Of a stretch of 64,000 nucleotides of DNA, positions 38,687 to 51,764 are shown one piece after another. A program made the translations under genes and the position numbers. The stretch spans positions 4,464,001-4,528,000 of the forward strand of contig JBHGNT010000004.1 of assembly GCA_043228905.1 (NCBI GenBank), read 5' to 3'. Positions within the stretch are counted from its first letter, which is position 1. The number at the start of each line of letters is the position of its first letter. This DNA is from Azolla caroliniana (Eukaryota > Plantae > Polypodiophyta). The notes beneath the pieces were generated by a model that saw only the letters and a list, made by a program, of their open reading frames with translations, did not search any database and was not told the origin of the DNA.

Positions 38687-40050
38687 TTCTCGTATTTAGC
38701 TTGTTACAAATGGGTGATGAAGGCACTAGGTATGCCTTCATTGTTGTCACTATTCTTTTCTTTGAACGAGGTGGTTTCTGTAATTCTAAATTTTGTAAGA
38801 AGAAACCCATTATCCAAAAATCAATTAATATTTGTACAACATACATACCCATTCTCTAAACACAATAAAGAATTCTTCAAGAGCCTTGTAAGATGATGTT
38901 TTTGTGCAAGATTGCTCCACTTCTTCCCATGTAGGCAGGGACAATTTTTTCATCATCAGCTCTTGAATCTTCATATACACGTTATGGTTAAAAAAACAAA
39001 TGAAACTAGAGACTAGAAAAAAGAACAAATCAACATACTCACTTTTGAAACTCTGTGACCATTTTGTCAAGGCTAAAATCCACTCTTGATAGTACAGATA
39101 TCAATAACCTGTCATCCTTAATTCCTTGCAGTGACTGCCAAGGAAGTAGCTTCATATCTTTGGTTAACTCTTCAATTAATAAGTCCCTTTTACGTGACTT
39201 AGATTTCATCTCCACCTGTGGGTCGAGCTTAGCCTTCTTTGATTTTTGACCCTTTATTTCTTTACGCTCCCACATACTAAAAATGCGATCTTGGAGGTCC
39301 CATGCCTCCCCTATTCTAAAGGCAATTTGAAACCATGACTCATATTTTCTGAAGCCTTCAGACTTGGTGCTTTCATCAACTGCTATCCCCACTTCAAGCA
39401 GACATTGTCGTCACAATCCAGGATGTAGCTGAGGACCAAATTTTTGCAGCACATCAAGGTACTCGTGATGGAAGAACCTGATGCGCTCGATACATGACAT
39501 CTTTTATCTATAGTCATTATCGTTGTTATGATCCCAAGCTAACAACTTGGCTTCTTCATGTGCAAGGCCTGCATACACTTTACATTCTACATACTTGAAG
39601 AAAGGGGTAAGAGGATACTCCTTGACTTGTTGACGTCGGGCTTCTATAGAGTGGGATCCTCCAATCACATAGTATGTAGTCATCTGTTGAACTGTACTTG
39701 AAGTCAACAACAATAGGGCATTGATCTAGGTCGACCATTACTAAGAATGGCACTACAGTCACATGTGGATTAATCTTCATTTTGCTTTTTAAGTTCTACA
39801 CATGCACTGAATGTGGCTCCCTAATTTCTAGAGCCCGTCTTCCTGTCTCTGGATCGATGGGTGGTCGTTGAATAGAGCGGATTTGTAGGTGAAATAATTT
39901 TCCTTTACGAACAAGCTTCATCTTCACAATATTTTCTCTGATCCGGTTCTGCTCTGAGGTGAGTATCCCCGATGAAATGTGGACCCCTGGAGGAATAACT
40001 TCGAGCTCGGCTTCTTCCTCCTCATCTTCTACGAACTCGAGGACCCCCGG
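38687..40050 (-). pseudogene. ParB/Srx-like domain plus linker (5' half of the ParB-MTase gene)
   Basis: IRSIQRPP..LEIREP..HV*NLKSKMKINP..VVPFLVMVD..YYVIGGSHSIEARRQ..ECKVYAGLAHEEAKLLAWDHN. Reads in frame across the Gypsy TSD into the MTase exon (QAKYEKRMTKGKELEVPED*NTVRSFLHKNDPF). Confidence 0.72.
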
Positions 40051-40051
40051 C

Positions 40052-42430
40052 TCATCCTCTTCTGGTTGCTGCCTTTTCTTGTAGTAGTTGTGTCTTTCTT
40101 AACTCCATTTGTCTAGATAACTGGGAATCAAGACCTTTGAACTCACTGTCGAGGTAGTGACTAGACTCGTTTCTGACCGAATCTTCGTATTCTAACATTT
40201 TTGCCTTCCCTTTGTCCAACTTTGGACTCGGCCGAGATGTGCTTTGATCACTCGACGGCTCTTGAGGTCCACTCACTCTGGTCGTTATAGCACTTTCTTC
40301 AAACATGTGCCAAAATCGATCTTTATTTTCTATCTCTTGGTCAGCCAAATCTAGGTCGATCGGAGTTGTCTCTAGTTCGTATCAAGATGCCGATTCATCG
40401 AAAACTACATCTCGACTCACTGGAACTTTTCAGGTAGATGGATTGTAACATTTATACCCCTTCTGTTCAAGTGAGTACCCTACGAAGATACATTTCTCCG
40501 ACTTCAGATCAAGCTTTTATCGCCTCTCCTCAGGAACATGCACAAAAGCGATTGAGCCGAATATCCTAATGTGGGATAAATCCGGCTTCTTCCCGAAGAA
40601 CTTCTCCTAAGGGGTGACGTCATGTACCCCAGAGGTTGTACACTTGTTCATGAGGTAGACGATTGTGTTCGCCGCTTCGGCCCAGTACGACTTTGGCAGG
40701 TTCTTCTCGTTCATCATTGCCCTTGCTACCTTTACTACGTGCTAATTCTTTCGTTCGGCTACTCCATTTTGTTGAGCTGTGTGTCGGCACGAGAATTCTC
40801 GTCGAATTCCTTCTTTTCGGACATAAGTTATAAATTCATCCGAGAAGTACTCCTTGCCCCCATCCGATCGAAGGCATCAGATATACCGACCTGTGGCTTT
40901 TTTGACTTCGTTCTTAAATGTTTGGAAGTATCTAAACACTTCGCTCTTCTACCGCATAGGGTAGATCCACATGTGCTTGGAGAATTCTTCGATGAACGTG
41001 ACATAATATCGGCATCCGCCAAATGTAGTTGTTAGTGCCGGTCCCCATACGTCAGAGTGGACTACATCCAAACCCCTTTGCTTAGATTCCTCTTCATCAG
41101 GAATGGATGTCGGCATTGTTTTTCGAATTGGCAGGCCTCATATATGGCAGTGCTCTCTCTTTCTGTAAAGTTCAGGAGTCCTATGACGAATCCTTTCAAT
41201 TGCATGTTCTGGAGCTTCTGGAGATTGATGTGGTTGATTCTCTTATGCGACAATTTCAAGTCGGTTTCGACTTTGATGCCTTTTGCAAACATGGATGACT
41301 TTACCTTGTTCGACTCAAGGATGAACATTCGGCCTTCTCTTCGACCATGAGCTATGAGTCGATCATCTTTTTCAATGAAGCACCGCACCCTTCTTTGTTG
41401 AACCGCACTTGCATGCCTTGTTCTACTATCTAGCCGACCAAGTCGAGATTTTTCATGATGGTTGGGACATGCAAGAAGTTCTTGAAGTAGGTTTGTTTGC
41501 CATCGTTCCCAAATGGGACATTTCCAATATGCCAAATTGGGTGAGTTGTGTCATCTCTAGTTTCGACATAGCCGGGTCGATCGGGCTTTCTCAACTCTCG
41601 GAACCAATCTTCATGAGACATCATGTGATTGGACGTTCCAAAGTCTACAAACCATACATTGTCTAAGGAAGAGATGCTAGTCGGACCCTGTGCCAACATC
41701 GAATGTGTTTTATGCCTCATTACGAACATTGCACGCCATGATCTTCATAATCGGAATTCGTGGCATAGTTCGTGAGTTGTCAGCTGGTTGAAGCCGACTC
41801 TCGTTTCTTCTTTTGGCACACCTCTTCGTAGTTGCCGAGTTTTCCATAGTACCCGCATTCAATCGGTTTGTTTTGGTGTCTTGGTCCGGTAAAATGGCTC
41901 CCCCTTCTGCCAAACTCCCTAGGAGTGTTCCTGGCCTCCTGCCAATGGTGGGAATTGTGTTCTCGTGCTGGCTAACCCTTTCAGCCTCAGCCGAATTGGT
42001 CGTTTTTTCCTCGGCCGAATCCTCTTCCCTCTTCTGGCTGGGAGTAGAGCATCTGGCCATCTAGTGCATTGCTCCTTGATTGGATATGGTCTTCCTCGAC
42101 CAACAATATAGACTGCAGATCGAAAAATGAGGAAGGATTCTCCCTTGCAAGAATGACTGATCTGATTGTGTCGAATCATGGTGCTAAACCAGCAACACAT
42201 ATTTACACCATCTCATCATCATCGATGATGACATTGATCGAACCGAGAGCGTCGCACAGCCCCTTGATCTTCAACGTATAGTTGGTGATCGACATAACCC
42301 TTTGATGAATGTTGTTTAGCTCCTAACAGAGTTGAAGCTTGCATGTAGCCGTGTTGGCCGCGAAAATCTTCTTGAGGTTGCCCCAAGCTTCTTTTGGTGT
42401 TTTTGCCTCTAGAATATAGCCGAGCATGCC
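40052..42430 (-). mobile_element. Degenerate Copia gag-protease-integrase fragment
   Basis: VWFVDFGTSNHM protease motif, HKRINHINL..CQFEKQ GAG-pre-integrase and integrase-region sequence, with many stops. Confidence 0.85.
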
Positions 42431-43370
42431 TCTCAAACCCACATGATTTCTAGTCATGCCCAATCCGGCACATCCACATGAGGGCCAACAACATTGAAAT
42501 AGAAAAAATCATTGTTTGTAATAGAAAAATCGTTGACTTCCAAATGGTTTAACTTCATCTTCTCAAATATCCTATCGTTGGTTTAAGATGAGTAGCTAAA
42601 GTTCTACAATCTAATACTAGAAACCATTCCCAAAATAAAAGCTCAAAGACAAGAAGATGCAATAAATTTTACGAGAGAAAGATTTAGTGAATCATATATT
42701 TCCATAATGTTTTCTACATGTAAAACTCATCAATATGGTTTCGTGAAGTGACAATAGTCCTTGTACATGATCTTCATCAATGGTAGGATTCAAACCTACA
42801 CGGGCGAACCCAATGAGATTGACCCAAATCACAAATATCATCTATAAAAGAAAAAACATTGACTTCCAAATGGTTTAACTTCATCTTCTCGAATATCCCA
42901 TCATTGATTTAAGATGAATAGCTAAAGTCCTATGATATGACACTAGAAGCCATTCTCAAAATGAAAGTTCATAGACAAGATCCAATAAATTTTACGACAG
43001 GAAGATTTAGTGAATCATATATTTCCATAATGTTTTCTACATGTAAAACTCATCAATATTGTTTTGTGAATTAACAATAGTCCTCTTACATGATCTTTGA
43101 TTCGAACCTATGTGGGAGAACCCACATGATTTCTAGTCATTCCAGCACATCCACATGAGGGCCAACAAGATTGAAAAATCACAAATATCATCTATAAAAG
43201 AAAAATCGTTGACTTCCAAATGGTTTAAGATGAATAGCTAAAGTTCTATGATCTGATACTATAAGCCATTCCCAAAATGAAAGTTCATAGATAAGAAGAT
43301 CCAATAAATTTTACAACAAAAAGATTTAGTGAATCACATATTTCCATAATGTTTTCTACATGTTAAATGG
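42430..43370 (-). repeat. Continuation of the tRNA-Ser-bearing tandem repeat
   Basis: CCCACATGATTTCTAGTCATGCC..GCACATCCAC and AATCGTTGACTTCCAAATGGTTTAAC units, about 3 copies, matching 18386-19720. Confidence 0.85.
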
Positions 43371-43675
43371 AATGAGATTGAGGAAATTCAAAAGATGTTT
43401 TTTAGGAGGCCATCAGGAGTTAAATGTACTACCTTTTACCAGGTTATGCTCTTGGAAACATGTGTTTGGCCCATAGAGGTATTTGGCACTCCAAAGAGTA
43501 TATAGATACATTACAGAAGTCAAGAATATGCCAAATCATCGATTACCACGTCTTGTTTGGAATGTTGAATGTAAGCTACAAAAGAATCATAAGAGTAAAA
43601 TTCACATGCTCTCACTTGAGTAGCGCGCACGCACGCACGCACATTTACTTGACAATGTTAGATTAATAAAATATT

Positions 43676-45650
43676 ATGTTAGTTAAAACCTATTAACTTA
43701 CACCTCTTGTATGCACCTTCTTAAGTGCTACCTTTGAAAGCATCGATATCAAACTATTCTTGAAAGCACCTCTTTTTTTAAGTGCTACCTTTCTTAAGTG
43801 CTACCTTTACAAAGCTTGTATTCTCAACTCTATCCAACTCTCTCGCCCTATCCATCCTTAAATGTGTCATTGCTTCTTTCCCTTACTTGGTATCAGAGCC
43901 CCTCTAAGGGTCATTAAACAATTAACAAATACAACACATTTTCTTGGATTAATCCACACAAAATCCAAATAATACGTAATCCAAAGAAGAAATGAAAAAC
44001 TAGCTTCATCCAGTACATCCATTGAAGTGAAAAATCAGAATCTCAAGTCATCAATGTTCGTCAAAAGTACAAGAAAATATTTAGTAGAGAAACTACTATT
44101 GGATGTGGAAGATAAGAATGAAACTAAGAGGAAACCTAAAAGAGCTAGTGGATGTCTCATTACATCCTAATATAGAAAATGGTCACTAGAGGATGCTACC
44201 TACATAACCAATTCTGGAAGGAGGTTGTTGCTACAACATGCTACCTACAAAATTGGTCACCACATAAAGTATCGCGATTAAACACGCCATATACAATATG
44301 GTATGGCCACAAACCACACCTAGGTCACTTAAATGTGTTTGACTCCATTGCATATAGCCATACGCGTCAAGCGAAACGAGGAAGTTGGACCCTCATGTAA
44401 GGAAATGCATCTTCACAAGATATGGAAAAGCATCAAGTGTAAAAGCATACAAACTATTTGATCCAAACACACAAAAAAAGCATTTAATTGATCTGGAACT
44501 TATGAAGCAACAATCATGAAGCAATGACGAAACCATGAGGTGCATCGTTTGAATGAAAATTTTAAAAATAAACTAAGAATTCCTAGTTATTGTCAAATAG
44601 CAAACTATGGTGGCCCTAGTACAAGAAATTGATCTAGGTGCCTCCAACAAAATCAACATCAAAATAAAGATTTGCCAAATCAACACAATATGCAAATCAA
44701 GTCTATGTTGTGCAGATAGAGAAGAGAATGAATGCAACATGCAAATGACGTCTTTTACAGATAGAGAAGATGTTAAAAACAAAATGATACCTATTCAAGA
44801 AGACTCAAATGTTGAGACCAAGGTGAACCACTGAAATCAATAAACGTCAATAGCCACAACATTTTTGTATCAGAAAATCATGGTGGCCATGACATACCTA
44901 AAAGAGAAATTCGTCACAACCATGACATACTTGGACAAGAAATGGAGCACAAAGCACAAAATCATTGTGGTTGTAACATACTTGGAATAGAAAATTATGA
45001 TGGTCGTGACTCGTGACCTAATCAAGTATGAAAAGCATTGCGTTTGTGGCACAATTGGAAGAGGTCATTGTGGAGGTTGTAATATGAAAAAAACAGCAAA
45101 TAACCAAGAATAAGGCATTGTGTTTTCTCCAACAAAGAGCCCTAATACCTGCAACCAAACTTAACAAAAATGTGAGTCAAGAATCCACACCCAAAGAGGA
45201 CTCAAATGAAAACCCACATCACTTATTTACACTGGAAGAAGACACCAATGTCAACAAACAAAAAGATTGCCATCTTCCCAAAACAACCTAACAAAAGTAT
45301 AGAAATCTCAAAGAAACTATAGTTGATACCAAACCTCTTGAAGCACTCATCTCAGATCTCAATGATTAGGAAGACTCAATTTCTTAACCCCTTGAAAAAA
45401 TTAAAATCATACTTGGGGAAGATATATCGCTAACTTAATATGACGCTCTTAAAATAGTGCAAGAGGTGGCGTCACTTTTAAAAAATGGTACATGGGAACT
45501 CATACCTCATCCAAAGAAAGCAAACGGATTTTAAAAGTAAAATCAGATGCAAATGGCAATCCCCTTCATTTTAAGGCTAGGGTCATATCTCAAGGTTTCC
45601 CATAAGTTCCATACATTCATTTTAAATAAACATTTGCTCCCACACTCAAA
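43676..45650 (+). mobile_element. Highly decayed Copia relic
   Basis: PBS TGGTATCAGAGCC at 43888-43900. Integrase remnant FWKEVVATTCYLQN..TPYTIWYGHKP. RT start KNGTWEL..FKARV at about 45480-45600. Confidence 0.7.
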
Positions 45651-46447
45651 TCTCGCCAATGACGGTAGTGTAGGGAATTATGATGGCGATGAATCTCAAG
45701 CTTTATTACATTGATGGTAGTGACAACATTTCGGTGAACTAGAGGAGGAGAACGATGAAGCCAAAAACAATGGTGAACATTATTATCCGCCAAAGCTGAT
45801 TACGTGGCCACGACATTAGCAAAAAGAAGGCTTGTGGCCTTTTCTTGCTAGCTCTCTTACAAGTTACAACAATGCTCTATCACTATCCTCGTCAGTAATT
45901 ACTTAAACACAGCAATACATCCACGGCATTGAAGACTCTTTTAAGGACGACCCATGGAAATTTGCATGCAATAATGAGTAGCCAATTTTAAGTTGTACCT
46001 TGGCCATAGTAATGAGTTAATATGCATTTGAGCACGTACAAAAAGCATCAATTTAAAAAGAAGAAAGAACTAATCCATCTCCTTATATTTTCCAAATTTA
46101 ATGATGTAGAATCCACTGAAGATGGAACATAATCATTAAAATTGTTCCTTCAAATTTGAAGTGTTGAAAGTAATTATACCAAAAAAACATTATATTATCA
46201 TTTACTATTAGCCATTCTTGCAGGAGGACCCCTCAGTAGCAAATCTTATATTATTATGGAATAAGTGATAATGCAAAATTTTGGACTCAGTGTCAGTTCA
46301 AGACAGCTACAATAATTGGATATAATATGCACTTATTTGTGGAAGAATTTTATGGTAGTATTTTTAGCCCCCAATGTTGTTATTGCTATCATTATCATTC
46401 ATGGTAATCAATCATCGCCCCCTTCTCCACCTCATCGTCAGAAACTG

Positions 46448-46939
46448 TCATCCTTGATGATCATGACCATGATGACCATGAGTTGGGGAACCATGAGCAT
46501 GGTTGTCCTCTTCTTGGGGTGGGACACGGACAACCACGGGCGAGGATTTATGCTCCGGAACTCGGACATGGACGGGGGAGGATGGGGTCAGTCCGGGGAC
46601 GCGGATTGTGAGAGGGGTGGACGGGGTAATGTCGGCACCGGGGACATCGATGTAACCTCCCGGGACGCGCACATGAACAGGAGGAGGAGGGCCATGGCCA
46701 TGGCCATGCTTATCATCTCCACCGCTACCGTCCACAGAAACCCCCTGCTCATCATGTTCATGTTCATGGCCATGGCCATGGCTACTGCTTTCCGTTAGAA
46801 CCCGACCTCGAAGATGGAGCCGGGCTGCATGAGGAACTCCATGAATGGCTTGAGGAAGTGTCATGGCGGTAGCGAGTAAGCATAGTAGGGCGGAGGAGAA
46901 GACGAAGGCGAGGTCCATCCTGAACCTCATCATCATCAT
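46448..46939 (-). CDS. Secreted His/Pro-rich protein (163 aa), probable host gene
   Basis: Hydrophobic signal peptide LAFVFSSALLCLLATAMT. His-Gly tracts. Four PVHVRVP-like repeats. Uninterrupted ORF with a TATA-like element about 100 bp upstream. Confidence 0.75.
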   Translation of the reverse strand: MMMMRFRMDLAFVFSSALLCLLATAMTLPQAIHGVPHAARLHLRGRVLTESSSHGHGHEHEHDEQGVSVDGSGGDDKHGHGHGPPPPVHVRVPGGYIDVPGADITPSTPLTIRVPGLTPSSPVHVRVPEHKSSPVVVRVPPQEEDNHAHGSPTHGHHGHDHQG

Positions 46940-47044
46940 GACTGACGAGGCTACACTCGCACGTGCAGGCAGCAGCTGCTAAGGAAGGGGTATGTATAGG
47001 GAGAATCAGGAAGAGAACTGTGGTGAATATATATATATACATAT

Positions 47045-47091
<47 letters not shown>

Positions 47092-47367
47092 GGTCCGCAT
47101 AAGTTGGGGCGAAGGGCAAGTGGGGAGGAAGCATGCATATAATATGATAGGAAGAAGGCCAAAGCCCATGCGCATCCCTTCTTTTGTCCACCCTTTGTGC
47201 TCCTATTCATGGGCATATCATACCATATGCTGCCACGATTTTTAGCCAACAACATGCCTTCAACTGACCTACAAAACCTAGTGTGTGTATATGTATGGGT
47301 GTGTGTCTTGAATGGTGTGACCCACCACATACATACTCATGCATTCATCTTATATTGGTAACTTATA

Positions 47368-49925
47368 GGCAAAAGTACCACCAGGATACCCTTGGAAGTT
47401 CGCCTATTTACCAGAATGCCCCTCTAAGTTCCAAATTTACCAAACTACCCATATGTCCAAAAAAATACACTTTATAAAGTAATTATACACTCAAATCTAC
47501 AAGCCCTATTTACCATAATACCCTTCAAACACCAATTTCTTTACTTACGCGATTCTTTGGGTCCTTTGTACCTAACAGTGTAGTCTTTCTGTTCTTTCTT
47601 GTTCATTGGGTTGATCAATCGTCTTCATCATCAAGATCGATAGAAGGTCAATACTCTCTCTCTCTCTCTCTCTAGGTTTGCTCTTTCTTCTTTTATTATT
47701 CAGTCCCCTTTTCCTTCTAATTTCTCTTTTTCATGTATCCTTCAAAGATTTCTTTTTCTTCTTCTCTCTATCTCTCTCTCATTTCGATGGTTGATGTCTC
47801 TCATAGAACGGCTTTGGTGGAGGGAAGGCAGTTTGACTCTTTGACGGAGCTTCGACAAGCTGTGAGAGATGATGCAATTAGCTCTCACGTTGAGCTACGA
47901 GTGATCAAGTCGGATAAAACAAGGTTCACATGAATTTTGCACCTCATATGGCTTTTAAACTCACTTGACTTTTAATCTTAAATTTATGATCACGGGACTT
48001 TTGCTAGATTAACTATTGCATACAAAAATTCTGGATGTCGATGGAGGTTGCATGCATCTTGTATTGAAGGAGGTCCAACATGACAGATCAAGAAGAATAG
48101 GGAAGAACATCAATGCAGTAGCACTCAACACTTGGGGAACAACGAAGTAAGCTCAAAATGGTTGGCTGAAACAACATTCGAGAAGTTTAAAGATCATCCT
48201 ACATACACACCAAAGGAACTAATTGGTGATGTGCGTTGTCAAAATGCGTCACTATCTCTTACAGGGTAACGTGGAAAGCAAAAGAAAGTGCACATGCTCA
48301 AATCCATGGGGATCATGTATTTGCATATCAAAATCTTCGTAATTATTGCCAAAACATTTTAGAAGCTAATCCTGGTAGTGTGGCACATGTTCAAGAAATC
48401 GTTGAAGGTCACATTCTTCACATATTCATTGCTTACAATGCGAGCATTAATGGTTTCATGCATTGTAGACCAATAATTGGTCTAGATGGAACTCATTTGA
48501 AAGGAAAATATCTAGGAATCCTTCTCATGGCTACTACCATCGATGCACAAGGTGCTTTGTTTCCGATTGCATTTGGTGTAGTAATAGCAGAGAATGATGA
48601 TAATTGGTGTTGGTTTCTTCAGAGTTTGAGGGATGTTCTTCGACTCATAGATCCACTAACATTTATTTCAGATAAACAAAAGGGTTTAGTGGATGGTTGT
48701 GTCATGTTGGTGTTTGACAATGATACATCACATGGATATTGCATGCGCCATCTATCAAACAATTTCAGAAAAGCTTTTAAAAGCACTCAACTATTGGGGA
48801 TGTTGTGGAAATCTGCAAATGCAACTACTACTCAAGACTTTGATGTTATCATTGGAGAAATACGCACTTTAAACAGTAATGCAGTTGAATGGTTAATGAG
48901 CACCGCCGACCCCTCACATTGGGCTACATGTAAGTTTTCAGGGAAAAGGTTTGGACACTTGACATCTAACATTGCCGAGTCCCTAAATGCATGTTTGCTA
49001 GAGGCTAGAGTTATGCCTATTCTAGGGATGATGGAATTGATACACCAAAAGATAATGTCATGATTTTATAAAAGGAGGGTTAATGGAGAAACTTCTAAAG
49101 CACGTATTGGATTGGTTAATGGAGAGATAACACATGATGCATTGGTTGGATATGCAGAGAAATTCATTAGAGAATCCATACAACGTGGAGGAAGACTATA
49201 CCGTATTTTGCCATCTACTAATGATGTTTTTGAGATCCATACTCCGAAACATGTTAGGATTGTTTATGTGGATAAGAAGATATGTACTTTTGGACAATGG
49301 CAGGATATGGGATTAGCTTGTGCACATGCAGCGGCTGCTATTTTGTTTTGAAAAGAATGAGATCAATCTTTTGCACACAAGGCATATTTGTTGCAATCAT
49401 ATTGTGATACTTACAGGGTGCCAATATTTCCTGTTGTTGTAACGCATGATAATATTGTTGGAGGCATGTTACCACCAACCACACGAAGACCTCCTAGACG
49501 TCCAAAAACCAAACGTATACGCACAATAGAAGAAGGCACAAAGAAGAAAGAACATCTTTGTGGAAGGTGTCGTGGGAAAGGACGCAATGCTCGCAGTTGT
49601 AGGGCCCCAATTTAGTGACGATTGTGCATTATTAGAGATTTTGTTGAGTCAATAGATATATTTGATTTTGTGGATATTTTTGGAATTAAACTTTTTGTAG
49701 ATGGATCAAATTTAACATGTAATTATTACAAGTCAAATTGCCTTCCCTCCACCAAAGCCATTCTATGAGAGACATCAACCATCGAAATGAGAGAGAGACA
49801 GAGAGAAGAAGAAGAAGAAGAAGAAGAAAAAAGAAAAAAAAATCTTTGAAGGATGCAGGAAAAAGAAAAATTAGAAGGAAAAGGGGATTGAATAATAAAA
49901 AAAGAAAGAGCAAACCTAAACATAG
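47368..49925 (+). mobile_element. Mutator-like (MULE) transposon with decayed transposase, about 47787-49615
   Basis: IGLDGTHLKGKYLGILL, FISDKQKGL, YCMRHLSNNF, TSNIAESLNA, SWIM-like and CGRCRGKGRNARSC motifs. Inverted repeat about 47675-47840 versus 49733-49920. Confidence 0.9.
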
Positions 49926-49934
49926 AGAAATGAC

Positions 49935-49992
<58 letters not shown>

Positions 49993-50007
49993 AAGAGAGA
50001 GAGCCCA

Positions 50008-50196
50008 GATGGATGTAGCTCAGTTGGTAAGGTTGCCCAATGGAGACCAGGTGGTCATGGGTTCAACCCCTACATTCCACAGTGGCATCTAGTGAAATAG
50101 AGATATATATAAAGTATATAATAGAGGTGAGAAAATTGGGTTTCGAACCCAAGACATAGTGCTTGTAGTGCTATGAACTTACCACTACGGTAAGCT
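50008..50196. other. Two convergent tRNA-derived (SINE-head-like) sequences
   Basis: Plus strand 50008-50081: A-box TAGCTCAGTTGG and B-box GGTTCAACCCC. Minus strand 50130-50196: TACCGTAGTGG and GGTTCGAAACC. Confidence 0.55.
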
Positions 50197-51764
50197 AATT
50201 ATGAAAGAGAGAAGAAGAAGAAGAAGAAAGCAAGAGTGGAGAGGGGAAGAAGAAGAAGCGAATTCGTTTTTGTTGATGCACTCTCTATCAACAACGGAAT
50301 TGGGCACAAAGACAAGCGTTAGAAAGCCCTCGATTAGAGCTTCGTAATGAGATATAGCACATTAAATTGGTGGTCTGTATGAGAAGTAGCGATAGAAATA
50401 AGAAATCTTGTCTTATCGACATCCACATACTTAACACACATTGCGGGTCTTCTATTGTCCTTATCATCTTCGACCTTTTCAATCGGATGAGTTCCGGTTG
50501 TCTCTCTTGTTCATGGAAATTTGTTTTTATTCCGGATCGATATCACCTCAAGAATAATGGATATAAACATAAATTCCTCACAAATTGTGGGGGACATCGA
50601 TATGGAAACAATTTATCTGAAAAAGAGTAATGTGATGGTTGAATGTAATCGTGAAAGGGAAGACATTGGAAGCTCTAAGAGGTTTAAGAGTGTTGAAGAA
50701 ATTAATGAGAAAAAATTGACATATGCCAAAGTAATACATGTAGATGAGGTTGACAAGGATCATTGTAATTGGGATCATTTATGGGGAATTGCCAATACCT
50801 TGTTGTCTGATATTGTGGAAGAAAATGAAAATGAAGTGAAAGAATGCATTGATGAGGATGTGCATGATGTGGAAGTTGATGTTAAGGCAGTGTTGCAATC
50901 TTTTGATGTATTCTATGATCGTGCAGTTATATTATTTTTTACCAGGAAACTCCCATACATTAATTGGATTAAACAATAGTTGAACACAATCGTGTCACCA
51001 AATTGTGTTGAAAATATATATGCAGGACCACGAGGGTTTTATGATGTAGTGTTTCGTTCACCGGAACATCAAAGTGTGTTGTTGGCTAAAGTTCTTGTGT
51101 TTTTTTATAAAGGATTGGTACATGTAATGCAATGGTCCCCCGTTGTGGACTATCATGCTTTTTTAAAACAAGAATGCCCTGTTTAGGTAACAATGGATTG
51201 TAAGCATGCTTTTTTATGGTCACTTTTACTAGAGTTGATGAGTCAAATGGGTAAAGTGTTGGTATCTCCATGTCATGCAAATGCTACAAATAAGTGCAGA
51301 TTTTGTGTGTTATGGGATACAAGCCGTAAGAGGCCAAGATGGGTGCATATGAACACACCTGGTATGAAAAGACTTTGTTTTAAATTGAAGTGGGAGACAT
51401 TGTAGGTCATTGTTTTGGATGTGGTGAATGGGGTCACTTTGTGGCGGAATGCCATCGTCATGGTCCTTCAACTATAGAGGTTCCTACTGAAGGGAATGGT
51501 AAGGAAGGAGTTGGGGGACATGTTGGTGTGTCAGATATTGTGGTTGTTATGGATGAAGGAACATCATCTAGAGCAGGATATAAAGAGGTTTCACTTCAAG
51601 GTTTGGGCCCTAAGAATAAGGGAACTCAATCTATGGATATAGTAAAACAAAGTTTGGTGGTTATAGATAAGGGGAAAAAACTGTTGGATAGAACTAGTGA
51701 TGTTGTTGTTGAAAAGGACTGGCATCATGTTAAAGGAAAGTAAAGGAGAAATTAATGAATATGT

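Noticed and set aside
46316-46798. 160-aa plus-strand ORF
   Set aside because: Antisense shadow of the His-rich gene (CAT repeats read as ATG).
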